Positions 11,416-25,986 of a stretch of 64,000 nt of DNA are shown piece after piece. Below the pieces are notes generated by a model. The model had not been told where the DNA came from and searched no databases. It was given only the letters and a program-made list of their open reading frames with translations. Source of the stretch: Vermamoeba vermiformis (Eukaryota); contig JBEWZL010000011.1 in assembly GCA_045837725.1 (NCBI GenBank), positions 682,001 through 746,000 on the forward strand, in the 5' to 3' direction. The position numbers were made by a program, and so were the translations under genes. The number at the start of each line of letters is the position of its first letter. The first letter of the stretch is position 1.

Positions 11416-12566
11416 ATGCAGAGATTTGAATGGTCACCAGAGTTGTGGATCCGCGACTCCAGCCTAGGGCAGGGCTCTGATAGCAGTGAAGGGACCTTAA
11501 CCTTTTCAGACATCGTAAAAATAGGTAAATAAGATATTATAAGAATAATTTAACCAAAATTTACGGTTATACTTTTAAATTGCGTACGCATCTAATTACA
11601 ATATGTTTATGTGCACGCGTTTCAACAAAAAGTAATTACAATAATATTAATATGCGGGTATATTTTACCTTTGTGTGAAAGTCTGACTTGATTTATCCAA
11701 GTGTTTCAATTTAAATTGCAATCTGATCTTGTTCTGTTTGACAGTGAACCAGACAATTATGGAAACCGACAAAATAGTACCTACAGTTACCAACCTGGCT
11801 GACAGACAACGATTTATCGAAGCCAAGCGGAATTTGGTTAATGCAGCGGCGAGATTTGTAACATCAGGTGAGTCCAGAAACAATCACAAGCCAATTAACA
11901 ACAATAGTGTCCTTTAATTCGTATTTAACGCGGTCAATTGGTTAGGCAAAAGCTTTAATGCAAATCCTACCTCAGCTAACCACAAGCAAGTCGAGGATGC
12001 AGATCGTGTTCTTCACGCCTGTCACAATCAGCTCACACTGCTCATTAAACAACACCTCGGCATTGGACCTGCTGAAAGTCAATCAAAGAAGAAGGAGAGG
12101 CTGTTGGCGCAAATGATACAGAGCGCGAGAACATTGACCGCGTGGTACGTGCGTAGCCAGCTCATCGAGCCTCCCACACTAGTACTAACCTCTGCTTCTC
12201 AATGTAGGCAATATCGCCTCGCTGAAGTTCGAACCTATATCGAGACATTCGATCAGGCATTCGCTGATTGCGTAACTGCCATCGCGGGCGTAATCCAAGA
12301 TTTGATCCCGCTGCAAGTAAGGACGTTTACGCTGAGAAAATCCTTAAATGATTTGTGTTACGTGTATCTAAGTGATGTATTTGCAGAATCAGCTCGAGCT
12401 TCTATTGAAGGTAGAAGAGTTGACCCATCTTGGCGGGGATTTGATAGCAAACGATTTAATGAACCCAGCAATCGATTCAAATATAATATTGGAGCGCTGG
12501 CAATCGTTCTGGGACTCGCTGAAAGTCGTCTTGGCTCACACAACCCGTATCTTGAAACAAACATAA
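11416..12566 (+). CDS. Hypothetical, predominantly alpha-helical protein, multi-exon
   Basis: Exon 11416-11524 splices in frame to VNQTIMETDK..., with later exons ending ...TTRILKQT*. All junctions are canonical GT-AG. No family was recognised. Confidence 0.6.
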
Positions 12567-12813
12567 GTCGCCGGCGTAACCCTCGGAGTCCAACAACGTG
12601 TAAATATCGGAATTGCAGTGGCATCATTAATTTGGTGTTGTTGTATTGTACATAAAACGTGATAAGGAATGAAACGGCCGATTTGTTAGCCCAGAAAACA
12701 ATTGGCCTAAAATTTTAATGCGGAAATTTGGCTGGCCGCGCAATCTTGTTGCGAAGATTTTTTTTATTAGTTCGTACAAGTACCTAAACACCACCTGTAA
12801 TATAATTATAATT

Positions 12814-13937
<1,124 letters not shown>

Positions 13938-14417
13938 TCACGCTACAAATGTAGTACCTGCTTCTTATTTAAGATTACTATAAAAAGATGTATGATAGAA
14001 CCCTTACCGCGTCCATTTTGTGTGCACAGATCACGTGCTTCTTCGAACAGTATCTCGAGTGCAGTTAACGTTAAGCACGACGTTGATCGACGAGGTCGTG
14101 GTAATCATGCCCAAACATGATTAAGCACGAACGGCGCGGTACTTAGGCGTACAACGCTGGGCCGTTGCAGATCCACAGGATGGTGTTTCATATCAACGGC
14201 AATTGCTCACGAATGTTCTACTGATCACAGCCACAACGTGAATCTGTCTGCACTCACATCCACAAGTGTGGTCATATATGCCCCAATTTCGCGCTACTTG
14301 TGCAAAGGTTGTCGCGCATCACGTGCCTTCCCAGAAGGGTTCAAAGAACACACGCCCACAACGAAAAAATATTTAAATCAATTTTGACAACTAGAACGCA
14401 ACAAATCTCCAACGATA

Positions 14418-16472
14418 ATGTCTCTGAAGGCCAAGTTTAGCTGGGGTGACAACCGTTTGGTCGTGCCCATCCGCCATTTAAAGCAAGAGAAGGTTGCTCG
14501 ATTGCTAAACGACGTTTACGAAAGATTCAGCCGTGAATTTGGTCTTTCAGCCGACAATCGCTTCATTACTATTCGCACTGCTGATGGCTACACTCTAAAC
14601 CTGAACGATATTGTTGAAGATGTCGTTAGCGACGGAGAATGCTTTGTGTTGGTGGATTACGGAAGCTGGATGAAGGAACATACTAGGTAATATTTAATAT
14701 CAATTTTAATTATTTTTTCAAATTTGATTCTGTAGTTCTTGGTTTTTTTGTTAGTTTTGAAATTTCGAAAAGGGACACGATCTATGTGTGTGATACTAAT
14801 TGTGATGTAAATTAGCCATTGCAACAAAGATTGGCTTTGCGTGGACCAGTTGGATCTCGTCGGTAAGCTAAAAATAGTAATTCTCTGAACCACGTGCACC
14901 CCAATTAATTGTGTAATTACAGACGAAGTTGACAAGTGGGCTGGTGTTGGTGTCCACGCTAAGAGCGGCTCGTTGTACGTCCGCCTTGGCAAAGGTAAGG
15001 CAGCGCAGGTGCTTACAATTTCGATCTGGTGCTAACAACGCTTTGCTAGGTAACGGCGTTACTCGTTTGGAGCTGCTCACTCGCGACGAGTTGACGCACA
15101 TGGCCAAGCCAGGCAAGCACTTGGCGTCGCAATTGAGCGGTGTCAAGGCCGGCTTGAGCTGGTCCGTGGATGCATACCTCGTCGTCGAGGGTTCAACTGT
15201 CATCGCCGTCGAGCTCGGTGTTAAGACCATGTCTAGCCCCACTGCTGTCGTCAAGGTAAGCAAAGAGTCAGCATTCAAAGATGTGAGAATCAGTACTCAA
15301 ATCTCGTGCAGCGTGTCGAAATCAAGCGCGACGAGGATGGCAAGTTGGTCGCAGGAGAGATCACCACAGTGTCCAACGCCACTCTGCACGCGCACAAGAG
15401 CGCCAACCCTCGTTTGCCTCAAAGCCAAGCGCAAGGCCCCGTCTTCACCGTGCTGCCTGTCTTACCCGAGGCCCCTCTCGTGGCCAGCACTGGTGACTCG
15501 CCTGTCACTTTGAAGCAAACCGAAAAGATCTTCGTGCAACAACGTACGTACAGACCGTAACTTTCATTGAAGTATTGAGGCTGATTCTGTGCCATTAGAA
15601 TGGGCTCGCGATGATAAAATCCCTCACTACATCTTCACCGAAGTGCTCGTCACGAACAACACCAACAAGAAGGTCAACTTTGTCAAGTTAAAGGCCGAGT
15701 ATAAGAACGCTGCCGGTGAATGGGTCGAGACTCGTGGTTGGGTCGGCTACAAGGCCAGCAACTTCGACTACCGCTCGTACAACAACGACATTGTGCCCAT
15801 CGAAGAGTCCAGCACCGACAAGTTGGTCTTGGCCATGGACATCTCCGTGCCGGGCAAACAGTTCGACCGTGAACGTCGTGTGCAACAAACCTTGCCCCAA
15901 CCCCTGCACTTGCGCTACACCTGGACTGACAGCGAGAACAAAACTGCCGTCTTGGAGACCACTTACGTCAATCCTCCTCACGACTTCCCCTCCAAGGAAA
16001 AGATTAGCAAGGACCAGAAGAAGAACGTAAGTTGCGCGAATTCCCTCGCAGTGTCCGTGTTACTTATCCTTGGTTCAGGTCATCGACTGGGCTGAATGCG
16101 ATGACTCCGCCGCTGAGACTAAGATTGTCGCTTGGGTAAGCTCGCACCTTATTCTATTTATTGCAGCAATCACTCATACTTTGCTAGTCCCACGTGAACG
16201 AAGAAGGCACTGAATACAACATTCACTTGCCCAACACTAGCAGCACTTTGACCAACGAGTACTTCCGTCGCATTTGCTGGCGCGCAGCTCGCGAGAACAC
16301 GCCCGAAATTGAAGTCAACAAGTGGGAGTCACAAGGCACTTGGTCCATCGTGGTCCACTTGCTCGTTGACTTGGAACACAAACAAGTGCGCGGATTCAGA
16401 GTGTCGCTCAAGACTTCAACTTCCACCGCCGAGTACTACTGGCCTTGCCCTGAACTCAAGGAGAAGAACTAA
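14418..16472 (+). CDS. Hypothetical protein with N-terminal ubiquitin-like (beta-grasp) domain and beta-rich C-terminal region
   Basis: N-terminus RLVVPI...IRTADGYTLNLNDIVEDVVSDGECFVLV fits a beta-grasp pattern. Exons splice in frame, with strong C-ending codon bias. Confidence 0.65.
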
Positions 16473-16521
16473 GTTGTAGATAGTTTGTTAAACACGTTAT
16501 ATTTATAATCAACCAAGTATG

Positions 16522-18539
16522 TTACAGTATGATACATTCGGGAAATTCCTTCTTGGCTTTCTTCGTCGGTCGTTCGTCGGCCTCCTCGGCAACCGGTTCT
16601 TTTTCTTCCTCGCGCTTACGTTTTGTACCTCGCCTGGGCGTGCTATTATTATTGTTGTTGTTGTTGTTCGTTGTTTTCGAATCTCCATTCTGTGCATAAT
16701 AGCCAGCAAAATCAACAATCTTGTACTTGCTTCCCGCTTTCAAAATTTGTTCGCGCAGCTCATCGTTCACTTCGAACGGAGCACCAGTGTCTGACGTGAA
16801 GATGACAAACGCAGTCGTCTCGCCAGTCCACTTAACTCTGATCTTGCCAATGCGCGAGAAGAGGTCCACGAGATCATTGGTCTTGACCTCTTTTGTCAGC
16901 TCGCGCAAGTAAAACACATTGTTGCGGTCAGGCACGTCATCTGGACCGGCCAAATTCAACAGTCCGTCGTAGTGCATCACGAAGAACTTGTTGCGAACAG
17001 CTGACAGCTCTTCGTGATTGAAATCAACGCGTGCACCACAGCCAATCTTGTTGGCCAGTGCTACGAACACTGCACCTGTCGCGTACGCGTCAAATCCTGC
17101 CTCGTGGTACGCATCGCCATCGACGTAAGAGGCGAATGCTTCTTCTAAATCTGCATGGATCACAGTTAATTCAGCGTGCCTTTACAACGACCGAAACATA
17201 CGGATAGGCGTTTTGTTGCCGAACTCTTCGGCCTTGTTGACCGTGGAGTGCAAGTCACCCAAGTGCGTCGATTGCAACAGCGCGGCTAGTGCTTGATGCG
17301 TCGAAGATAACGTCTTAGTGTCCAATATCCTAATGAATTGGTCAGATAACGATGTATTAGGATGCAACAACGTACTGTGGGAATGTGGCGTGAAATTTCT
17401 CTTTGAACTCGGTCAAGTTGTCAGGCAACGTAGCGCGGAACTGTTCGAACAAGTGAAAGCAATCGAGCAACATGTTGTGTCCGAGGATGGGCTTGCGTGA
17501 CTCGGCCATGGCATCGATCACCACTTTGAATCCCGACGCTTCTCTGACCTCGTTCAGCTCCGCTTGTCGCTTCTCTTCTTCGTACTTTCTGCGCTGTTCT
17601 TGATCGAGTTTTTTGAACTCCATCCACTTGTTGAACGAGCCTGGCACGGCCACCGCATCGATGTGCAGTACTTCATTGAACCTATTGTAGCTTAGTAGTG
17701 CTGCGATATGGTTGATAATTCGTCTCTACGCACTTCTTGCCGAGTTCTTGATAAATAATGCGTCGTTGATAGCCGTTGTAGGCTCGTTCTAGCCGCAATG
17801 TCTCGCCTTCACCGCTCTCCAGCCACGCTGTCACTTTGGCACTGTGAGGTACGACACGTATTAATAAATAATCATAGTATTGTAACAAATAGCGTACATA
17901 ATCTGCTCGATAAACTCCTTGTCAGGTCCGCTCAATGCAACTGTGTCGCGCACTTCTTCCGTGAGCTTTTGTTTGGCACTGATCTGTTCGACTAAGGCGT
18001 CTTCTTGTGCTTTGGATAAATAAGGAATGCCTTTGTATATCCATTTGTTGAAATCGAATTTGTGTTCGGTTAAAAACTTGAGCGATGAAGACAAGCTCAA
18101 AAAACTCGGATCTACCGTCTTGTATGAGCCACGGAAAAGGAAGAAGTTGAAAGGTCGCGCGATGTATCTGCGGAATTACTATTAGATATTTTCGAGTAAT
18201 TTTGAGTGAATCAACGGCCAATAACTTCGCAGAATCGACGCGCGATAAAAATATTCTGGATAAATTAACAAAAAATCGCTAAAATTATATTAGCGCTTGT
18301 AATACATACCTTTTATTTTCTTCGTCCCAACTGAATGTGCACAGTCCAAATTGGTTGGGTAAGAATTGTCTGGCTGAATCTCGCCATCTCGGGTAGCGAT
18401 CCTCCAACGAATCAATGAAACTCCAGCGATCGAACCACAAACCAGTGAGTTCTAAATCAAAGCACATAAAATCACATTCGGAGATCGACTGCCGCACAAG
18501 CTCAAGCGACTCTTTGAAGTTGTCCTTAGTGATATCCAT
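16522..18539 (-). CDS. PARN: Poly(A)-specific ribonuclease (CAF1/DEDD nuclease + R3H + RRM)
   Basis: MDITKDNF, FDLELTG, QFGLCTF, FDFNKWIYKGIPYL, NGYQRRIIYQ, GHNMLLD, DTK, HEAGFDAY and an RRM-like KWTGETTAFV; ends ECIIL*. Confidence 0.93.
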
Positions 18540-18680
18540 TGAAACAACTTGCTTAAAGAAATGAGAGCTGTGTTGGTTCGTCAAAAGGCTATCGTGAAAA
18601 AATGTCTATAACGGATTTGACATCACGTGCTTGCCCACCAGCCACAAGTAGTGACCCGAACACGATATTGCGCTCCTCTC

Positions 18681-18799
18681 GGGCACGACCACACTAACAA
18701 GAATGCACCGCTTCCCGTCCGATCAGCGAAGTTAAGCTTGTTCAGGCCTTCTTAGTACTGGGGTAGGAGACTACCTGGGAATCGGAGGTGTTGTGCTCT
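18681..18799 (+). rRNA. 5S rRNA gene (solitary copy)
   Basis: 119 nt. 5' GGGCACGAC pairs with 3' GTTGTGCTC. Contains CCCGTCCGATCAGCGAAGTTAAGC and TTAGTACTGGGGTAGGAGACTACCTGGGAA, followed by a TTTTT Pol III terminator at 18804-18808. Confidence 0.96.
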
Positions 18800-18859
18800 T
18801 ATCTTTTTGCTTTTTGCCTAGCGTACATTCGCGGTCCTGGATTAGCTCATTATCGAAAC

Positions 18860-18958
18860 CCCGAAACCTACTTGCATCGCGTCGGTCGTGCTGGTAGATT
18901 CGGTACTAAGGGTTTGGCCCTTTCATTCATCTCACCGAAAGCGGATCTAACTGTTTGA
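18860..18958 (+). pseudogene. Isolated fragment of a UAP56/DDX39-type DEAD-box helicase (motif VI region)
   Basis: Translates [32 protein letters not shown]. There is no start codon and no room for the rest of the gene between 5S and the MRE11 3' end. Confidence 0.8.
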
Positions 18959-19069
18959 CCTGAAACGTGCGCTTGTTCCTCAAACAACGCAGCTCTTTTG
19001 CAGTTAAACTGATACCAAGGTGGCATAAATACAGGTTTTTATTTACAGTAGGCGGAGGAAGCAAGAGGG

Positions 19070-22000
19070 TTAAGTGGTTTTCTTGCGCGGTCCCCAGTTA
19101 CGCGGTGTCGGTGAGCTAATGGAAGTATTTAACAAGGGCAGACCTGAATCTTCGTCGTCCGAACCTGCTGCCTCTTCAGAATCGTTGTTGTTTTTCTTCG
19201 ACGACTTGCTGGATCTGATACGGTCATGTTAGTGTTATGCTTACGAAATTACTATGCTATGAACGTACGAGGAAGATGATTTGGCTAATTTGCTCGGCTT
19301 GGGTGATTTGTCCTCTTCGTTTTCAGAGTCGACAATTTCACCGTTGCCGTCCTTTTCTTTCTTGATCTTGATCTTCTTCTTTGGCGGTCCTTCGTCGTCA
19401 TCGCCGTCCTCTTTTGCTTGCCCACCACCGAAGATCTGACCATCGCATTAGCTAATGTCCATTATAATGAGCGCTAGACTTACCTCTAGAGCACTAACAC
19501 GTGACCTCTTCTTGCCGACAGTCGGTGCAGATTTCGGTGCAGCGAATGAAGTGAGAGTGGTTTGCACGGTTGGTGAAATGGTTGCAGTGAGCGGTGTTTG
19601 TTTGGCCGGTGCTGCGCTCTTAGTGGCTGACTTGCTGCTCGCGGCTTTAGTCTTGCTCGTCGGTGTCTTCGTGGCACTACTCGCGGCTGGCTTGTCAATG
19701 TCCATGGCATCGGACTGCTATCATTAGCACGTGGACTAGTGCGTATTGAAGTGACTTACGTTGAGCGAGGCCCCGTTCGGCTGTGAGCTGTTGATGGTCT
19801 TGAGCGTGCTCGTGCGCTTAGACATCTCTTGCACCATGCTCTGCACGTCTTCAACCTTGTCAATCGATGTGTCAGCTTTGCCCAAGTAACTCTGCGCATC
19901 GTGCAACTTTTTCGCCACGAAACTAAAATGCATAATTGGTACACGAGAATGATACAAAGCAATACATACTCGGCAATGGCATTCTTTTCGTCCTTTTCCA
20001 CAAACTTGTAAAGTGCGTCGTTGAACTCGACTTCGGTCAAGAGATCGAGTGACGTGGCCGGGCCCAAGAACTGCGTGATCAAATCTTCCATCTTTTGTTC
20101 GTCCAGCGCATCGGGTCTGCTCGCGGCTGTAGCTCTGCGCAACATCTCTTCGGCGGCATCTTCTTCCTCTTGTTTGTCCTTGAACGCACGGACTAAAAAT
20201 CGCGTCAAACGAGTCACTCGCATAATATGATAGTAACTAACTTACGGTTGGTCGTTTTCTTTCGATAAAACAACAAAATGTCGTTGGGATTGGCGACTTT
20301 TCCGACAAATCTTTGCCCGAATCGTTGCGGATTGATGGTTTCGTAGCCCGCGTACTCGACTTTCAAACGGATCAGCGGCTGTTTCGGCGCTGGTGTGCCA
20401 CGTGTCTCTTCTTCAGCCTTTGCAATCATTTCGTTCACCTTTTTAGTCAACAAATCCATCACGGCCTCGTTCTCGTTTTCCAAATCAGTCGAGTCGCCCA
20501 GTGCTTCGCTCAACACAACTTCGTCGATGATGAACGGCCGCACGGTCGTCAACGGAACGGGCTTCAATCTGAAATCACTGCCGACGACTTCTAAAAGTCC
20601 GACATGCCTAATTTGGTAAGTCACGGAGAATTACAATCGGAATTTACGACGTACTTTTTCTTGGCCTCGTATTCCGATAATGACGTCGCGATTGACGAGC
20701 CAGGCTGTGTAATGTAAAAATCTCGATCGGAGCACGGTGCGGGGACGATTTTGCACTCGTGTTCGTGGCCCCAAATGATCAGATCCAAAAAGTTCTCCAA
20801 CATTTGTTCGGGAATGAAATTCTTCGGCGAATGTGCCACGCGATTTTGATGCAGCAACATGATGTTGAACCAATCGTCTGTAGCCTCACGCGGGCGCATG
20901 AATTTGACTGGCACGTTGTCGTGAGTATACTGTTATTGCCAAATAAGGAAATATTACCTTTCTTTTGGAAAAACATGCGATGCAATCTCTCATCGCGAAT
21001 ATTGCCTAATCCGTATATAGCGAGCTTCGTCTTGCCTTTTTGCATTAAAATCGGATGAACTATATATAAACCATTAGTATTAATAAGAATACTAATGTAT
21101 TAAATAAAGACGTACTGATGACTTCTTCAACGCTGTTACTCTTGCCAAAATAATTTACAAAGCTCGTGATGCTCAGTAAATCCAACGCTGCTAGTGCTCC
21201 GTCCTGCAAATATCGATCGATAAATAAAATTGATAAAATTACGACGGAGGTTTGTCGTGGTAAGTACTTACGCCAGCCGGATCGTCGTGATTGCCGTGAA
21301 TTGAAAATATAGGGATTGATACGTTGAAATTAGGGTCTTCATAATTGACGATTTTAGTGTTCTTTAATAACAAGAAATTAATAACGAGAAGCAGATGCAG
21401 CTCAAATTTGTAACGTACCGGAAAATTGATGGCTTGATCGCTGACTATTTGAATATGAATAGGAGAGTCGCCGAAGCAATATTTGCGCATGATTTCCATC
21501 GTTCTATATAATGTTCTACGAGAGGGCTTGTTGTCATGAAACAGATCGCCGCCCAGCAAGACAAAATCCACCTTTGAAAATTTCAAATTTAGATTTGGTT
21601 GGTAAATTTATAAAGGATTTCAATATAGCTAATTTACCTGCAATTTTTGTGCCATTTTCATGATTTCCTCGAATGACTCGAAGGAATCGTTGCCTCGGAT
21701 CGGATCGCGCTCCATGTAGCCAATGTGCGTGTCAGTTGCGACAAGGACGCGTATTTTATCCTCGTCACTGTAATGATAATAATTTTAGTATTACTAATTT
21801 GAATAAGCGCATTAGATCGGTCCCAAATATTTCTAGAATTAATTGATTTTATTATTCTAGATCGAAACGCAAATACGACCATTTATCGCTATTATTTAAT
21901 AATACCAAAAATTAGAAATAATAAATAAAAGTCAAAATAAGCGCGCGACATCCAGATTTTAATTCACCGAAGTTAAATCGTTTTACCTTATTTTATCCAT
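19070..22000 (-). CDS. MRE11: Double-strand break repair nuclease MRE11, multi-exon; 5' exon tentative
   Basis: [84 protein letters not shown]. Confidence 0.96.
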
Positions 22001-22226
22001 GTATTGCTATTCTATTCAATTATAATAATATATTTATTATATTTTCGTAGAACTAGCTGTTGTTCTGTGGTTGTGTAACGAGCGCAGAAATATTTATTCA
22101 AATTTATTTTTCTGCAACAAGCAACCACCAAAAAGGTACTATTCGTTGATAATAAGACGATTCGACAGTTTATACAGCTTATAATAGTCAATATAATAAA
22201 CTAGCAATATTAATAGCAACATCTAG

Positions 22227-22963
22227 ATGTCTGACGACGGCGGCTGGTTTGGAATTAAGCGAGGATTGCGCGCTTGGTTCTCCAAGAACATTCCTTCAGT
22301 TGAATACACGCACCAAGACAATGTGGAACGTTTGACTCGTATTAGTGAAGGCGCTAAAGAAAGGTAACGATAATATTGGATAATTACAATTAAAAATTAT
22401 AATTGGGTTCTAGAGGCTTCAATAATCCAAATTAATGCACCATAATTATGAATATATTATTTACAATAATTTACCGATAATTATACGGGAAATAATATCT
22501 TCTACGCTTGTAATGAACGAATCTATCAGATTTATACATAGACTACGTCGTTACCACCAGTTATTTTAAATATGCACGAGAAAAAATACATATAACATTT
22601 TAATAGCAAATTCTATTGATATTTATACTACGTAAAGCAAGATTCGGATCGGCTAACTCCAATTTCTTTTGTAGAACCAACACCACCCTATTATTCAGCT
22701 ATTTTGCCCCCAACACCAACAGATCATTCAAAAGTCCTAAATGGGCCGTTTATGATCGTACTGGTCGCTTCCCCAATCAATACGGTGCGTACTGGATGCA
22801 TCTCGCTTCTTTGCGTTTTACTTCAAAATATTATTGTTTGTTTATTATATAGAGTATATGTCAATCTAATATATTTTTATATACAGAGGCTGTTTATAGA
22901 GAATCTAAGGGCGAAGTTGTTCAAATCGATCCCATCACTTTTGTTCCTTTGAACCAACAATAA
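22227..22963 (+). CDS. Small three-exon hypothetical protein (about 107 aa)
   Basis: Splices in frame: MSDDGGWFGIKRGLRAWFSKNIPSVEY...GAKER|TNTTLLFSYFAPN...GRFPNQY|EAVYRESKGEVVQIDPITFVPLNQQ*. It is largely missed by the ORF track. Confidence 0.75.
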
Positions 22964-23106
22964 GCGCAATGTAAAATTCAATACTATAATATAAATATAT
23001 AGTGGTATTCACCCGATATACTTGCGTGCATTCGGTCGTAAATAGTTTGAATTAGTTCTGAATTTTTCATTCGTTTTAAACTGCGATCTGCAACACAACA
23101 GCCAGC

Positions 23107-25986
23107 ATGGGTAAACAAAGCAAACAAACGCGCAAGTTCGCACCTAAACTGAAGAAGGTAATTCAACGCAGACGTGAGTATCAAAAGAACAGAGATAAGT
23201 ACAAGAAGACTGGCGCTAACGGTGAAGAGGACGATCGCAAAATACAAAAGCAGCAAAAAGTTCAAGAAGAGCGTGATGATAAAGTAGATAAAAAGGACAA
23301 TAAGGATAAGAAGCAGAAAAAGGTCAATGAAGACGATGAATTGGCTGGATTGAATGCAGATGAATTTTTAGAAGAAGGATTTTTCAACGAAATGGGCGAC
23401 GATGAAGAAAGTGGAGGCGAAGAGGTAATTATTTTGACTTTAATCTTATTATACAGTCATATTTTATGGCAGTTAAATCTGATCGAATCCCGATCGCAAC
23501 TAAATGTCAACTATAAATGCATCGCAGCTGCACCAAAATTACATTAAATATCTACATTTATTACAACTCATTTAAATTACAATTTTATCGTGTTTTATTT
23601 TTCTGGATCTGATCGCGATCTCAGGCCGAAGAAGAGGAAGAGGAAGCCGAGGACGACGAGGACGAAATCGAGTCACACAAAAAGCAATTAGAAGAGCTTA
23701 AGAGCACTCAACCAGAGTTCTACGAGTTCTTGCAAAAAGAAGGAGGTGAACTGCTCGACTTTGGAGATTCAGATGAAGACATGGATGAGGACGACGAGGA
23801 AGAGGCTGAAGAAGGAGCCGCCAGAGGATTCGTTATTACTAAAGATACATTCGACAAATGGGTTCAAATTGCCATTAAGCTGGTGAGTATTAAATAATAT
23901 TATAAATTTATCGGAAGCTAAAATCTCGTTTCGAACAGAAAAGTCCCAAAGCTCTTAAGAAAATCGTTGCAGCATTTAAGGCAGCGTGCCATATGAACGA
24001 CGAGGCCGATGACGAGACAGTGACGATGAAAAAGCAATACAGAATTTTAGACAGCGGTGTTTTCAACCATTTAATCGTCGCTTCATTGAAGAATATGAGC
24101 GAGATATTAGACACGTTGATTAACCGCGACAAGTCGACCGAGACCGAGTACGTATAAGTCTTAAATATACTGCCTATACGAAGTTCCTAATGGTTTTTTA
24201 TCGCAGCACGAAAAAGTTTTATCCGGCCAAATATCCGCGCTGGAGAAAATTGGGCGGCATTGTGAAGATTTATTTGACCAATTTGTTGCACTTTATGAAC
24301 CAGCTCTCCGATCCTAAGATGCTCGGGTTCATTTTGAAGCAGATCGAAACGCAATTGCCGTACTTTGGTCCCTTCGCCAAGCTTTCCAAGAATTTGTTGA
24401 AAAAAATGTTGGATCTCTGGGGCAGTGCCACCGAAACCGTCAGAATTCTCGCGTTTATCAACATTAGACGCATGGCCCTCGATTTCCCGTACCCGTTCAT
24501 CGGCAACTGTTTGAAGGGCGTGTACTTGACCTACGTCCGCAACGCCAAATTCACCAACCCGAAGACCTTGCCGTTGATCAACTTCATGTCCAACTGCGTG
24601 ACGGAGATCTACGGCCTCGATTGGAACTTGTCGTATCAACACATGTTCGTGTACATTCGTCAGCTCGCCATCATTCTGCGCACGTCGTTCAACACGAAGA
24701 GCAAAGACAGCTACGACACGGTGTACAACTGGCAGTTCATCAATTCGATCAGAGCGTTCGTGCGCATCTTCTCCGCGTACCCGAACCAACCCGTGCTGCA
24801 GTTGTTGATTCACCCGTTGATGCAAATCATTCAGGGTGTCATCTCCTTGGTGCCCACTGCGCGCTACTTCCCGCTCAGATTCCAATGCGTGCGCATGATG
24901 AACGAAGTGGCCATGTTCAACACTGGCACGTACATCAACGGCTTGCCGTTCTTATTAGAAGTACGTTAATAGCAACCAATCTATTATACTTTTAAGGCAC
25001 AGTACTAACGATGCATTTGCAGGTTTTGAACTCGCCGGAAGTTACCAAAAAAGGAAAGCCGACGATGCAAAAACAAACGGAGTTGGTGTCGCAATTGAAG
25101 ATTGCCAACAAGATGTTGGGCACTAAAGTGTATCAAGACATGGTGCTGAAAGAGTGCGTTGATTTGGTCGAAGATTATCTCAGCATCTACGCCTACTCCA
25201 TTTCATTCCCCGAACTCGCCATTCCCGCCACCATCAACCTCAAGCGCTTCTTGAAACAATGCAAAATTCCGTTTTTCAGAAAGCGCATTGCTAGCATCCT
25301 CGAAGAGGTAATTGCCTAATTAGGAAATGATCGTACGAGCGCCAAACTAACGATGTTCACGCAGATCAATACCAACTCCAAGTACATTCAAGCGAAGCGA
25401 GTCAAGTTGAACATGAATCCCAGCGACCTCGACAAGGCCAAGCTGTTCATGAAAGACGAGTGCGACAATCAAATGGGCCTCACACCGCTCATGAAACACC
25501 GCGTCAAGTTGCAACAAATCTTGTCGGGCAAAGTCGAGCTCAATCAGAAGCACGTCGATGAATACAACGCGAACTACAAGAAGAATAGGTATACGTCAAT
25601 TATAAGGGTTGAAGATCCGGTTGTTAACGTGATGTATTATTTAGTGATGAGTCTGATTCCGAAGATGAAGGCGATGACGAAGGAGGTGATAATGACGATG
25701 ATGATGAAGGTGATGAGGACGATGAAATGTTGGACGGTGATGATGATAATGACGAGGAACAAGTCAACGCTGCACCCGCCAAACAAGCTCAAAAACAACA
25801 GTACGTATTGCTCTCAATGCCTCAATACTCATAGTATAAACTCTTCTCGACGCCGTTACTCATGTTATTATGTCTAATAGGAAGAAGAATAAGACTCAAG
25901 TGCCGAGCAATGGTGAAGATCTCGTTGCGGACATGGATCTCGCTGCTTTTGAAGACAGCGGTGACGAGGATATGAGCGACGAATAA
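23107..25986 (+). CDS. NOC2L: Nucleolar complex protein 2
   Basis: MGKQSKQTRKF, HKKQLEELKSTQPEFYEFLQ, YQHMFVYIRQLAIILR, VYNWQF, RYFPLRF, SISFPEL; acidic tail. Confidence 0.95.

Noticed and set aside
14090-14135. Short hairpin TCGTG-TAATCATG/CATGATTA-CACGA in the intergenic region
   Set aside because: It is a single small stem with no tRNA, snRNA or MITE features, so there is not enough to call.
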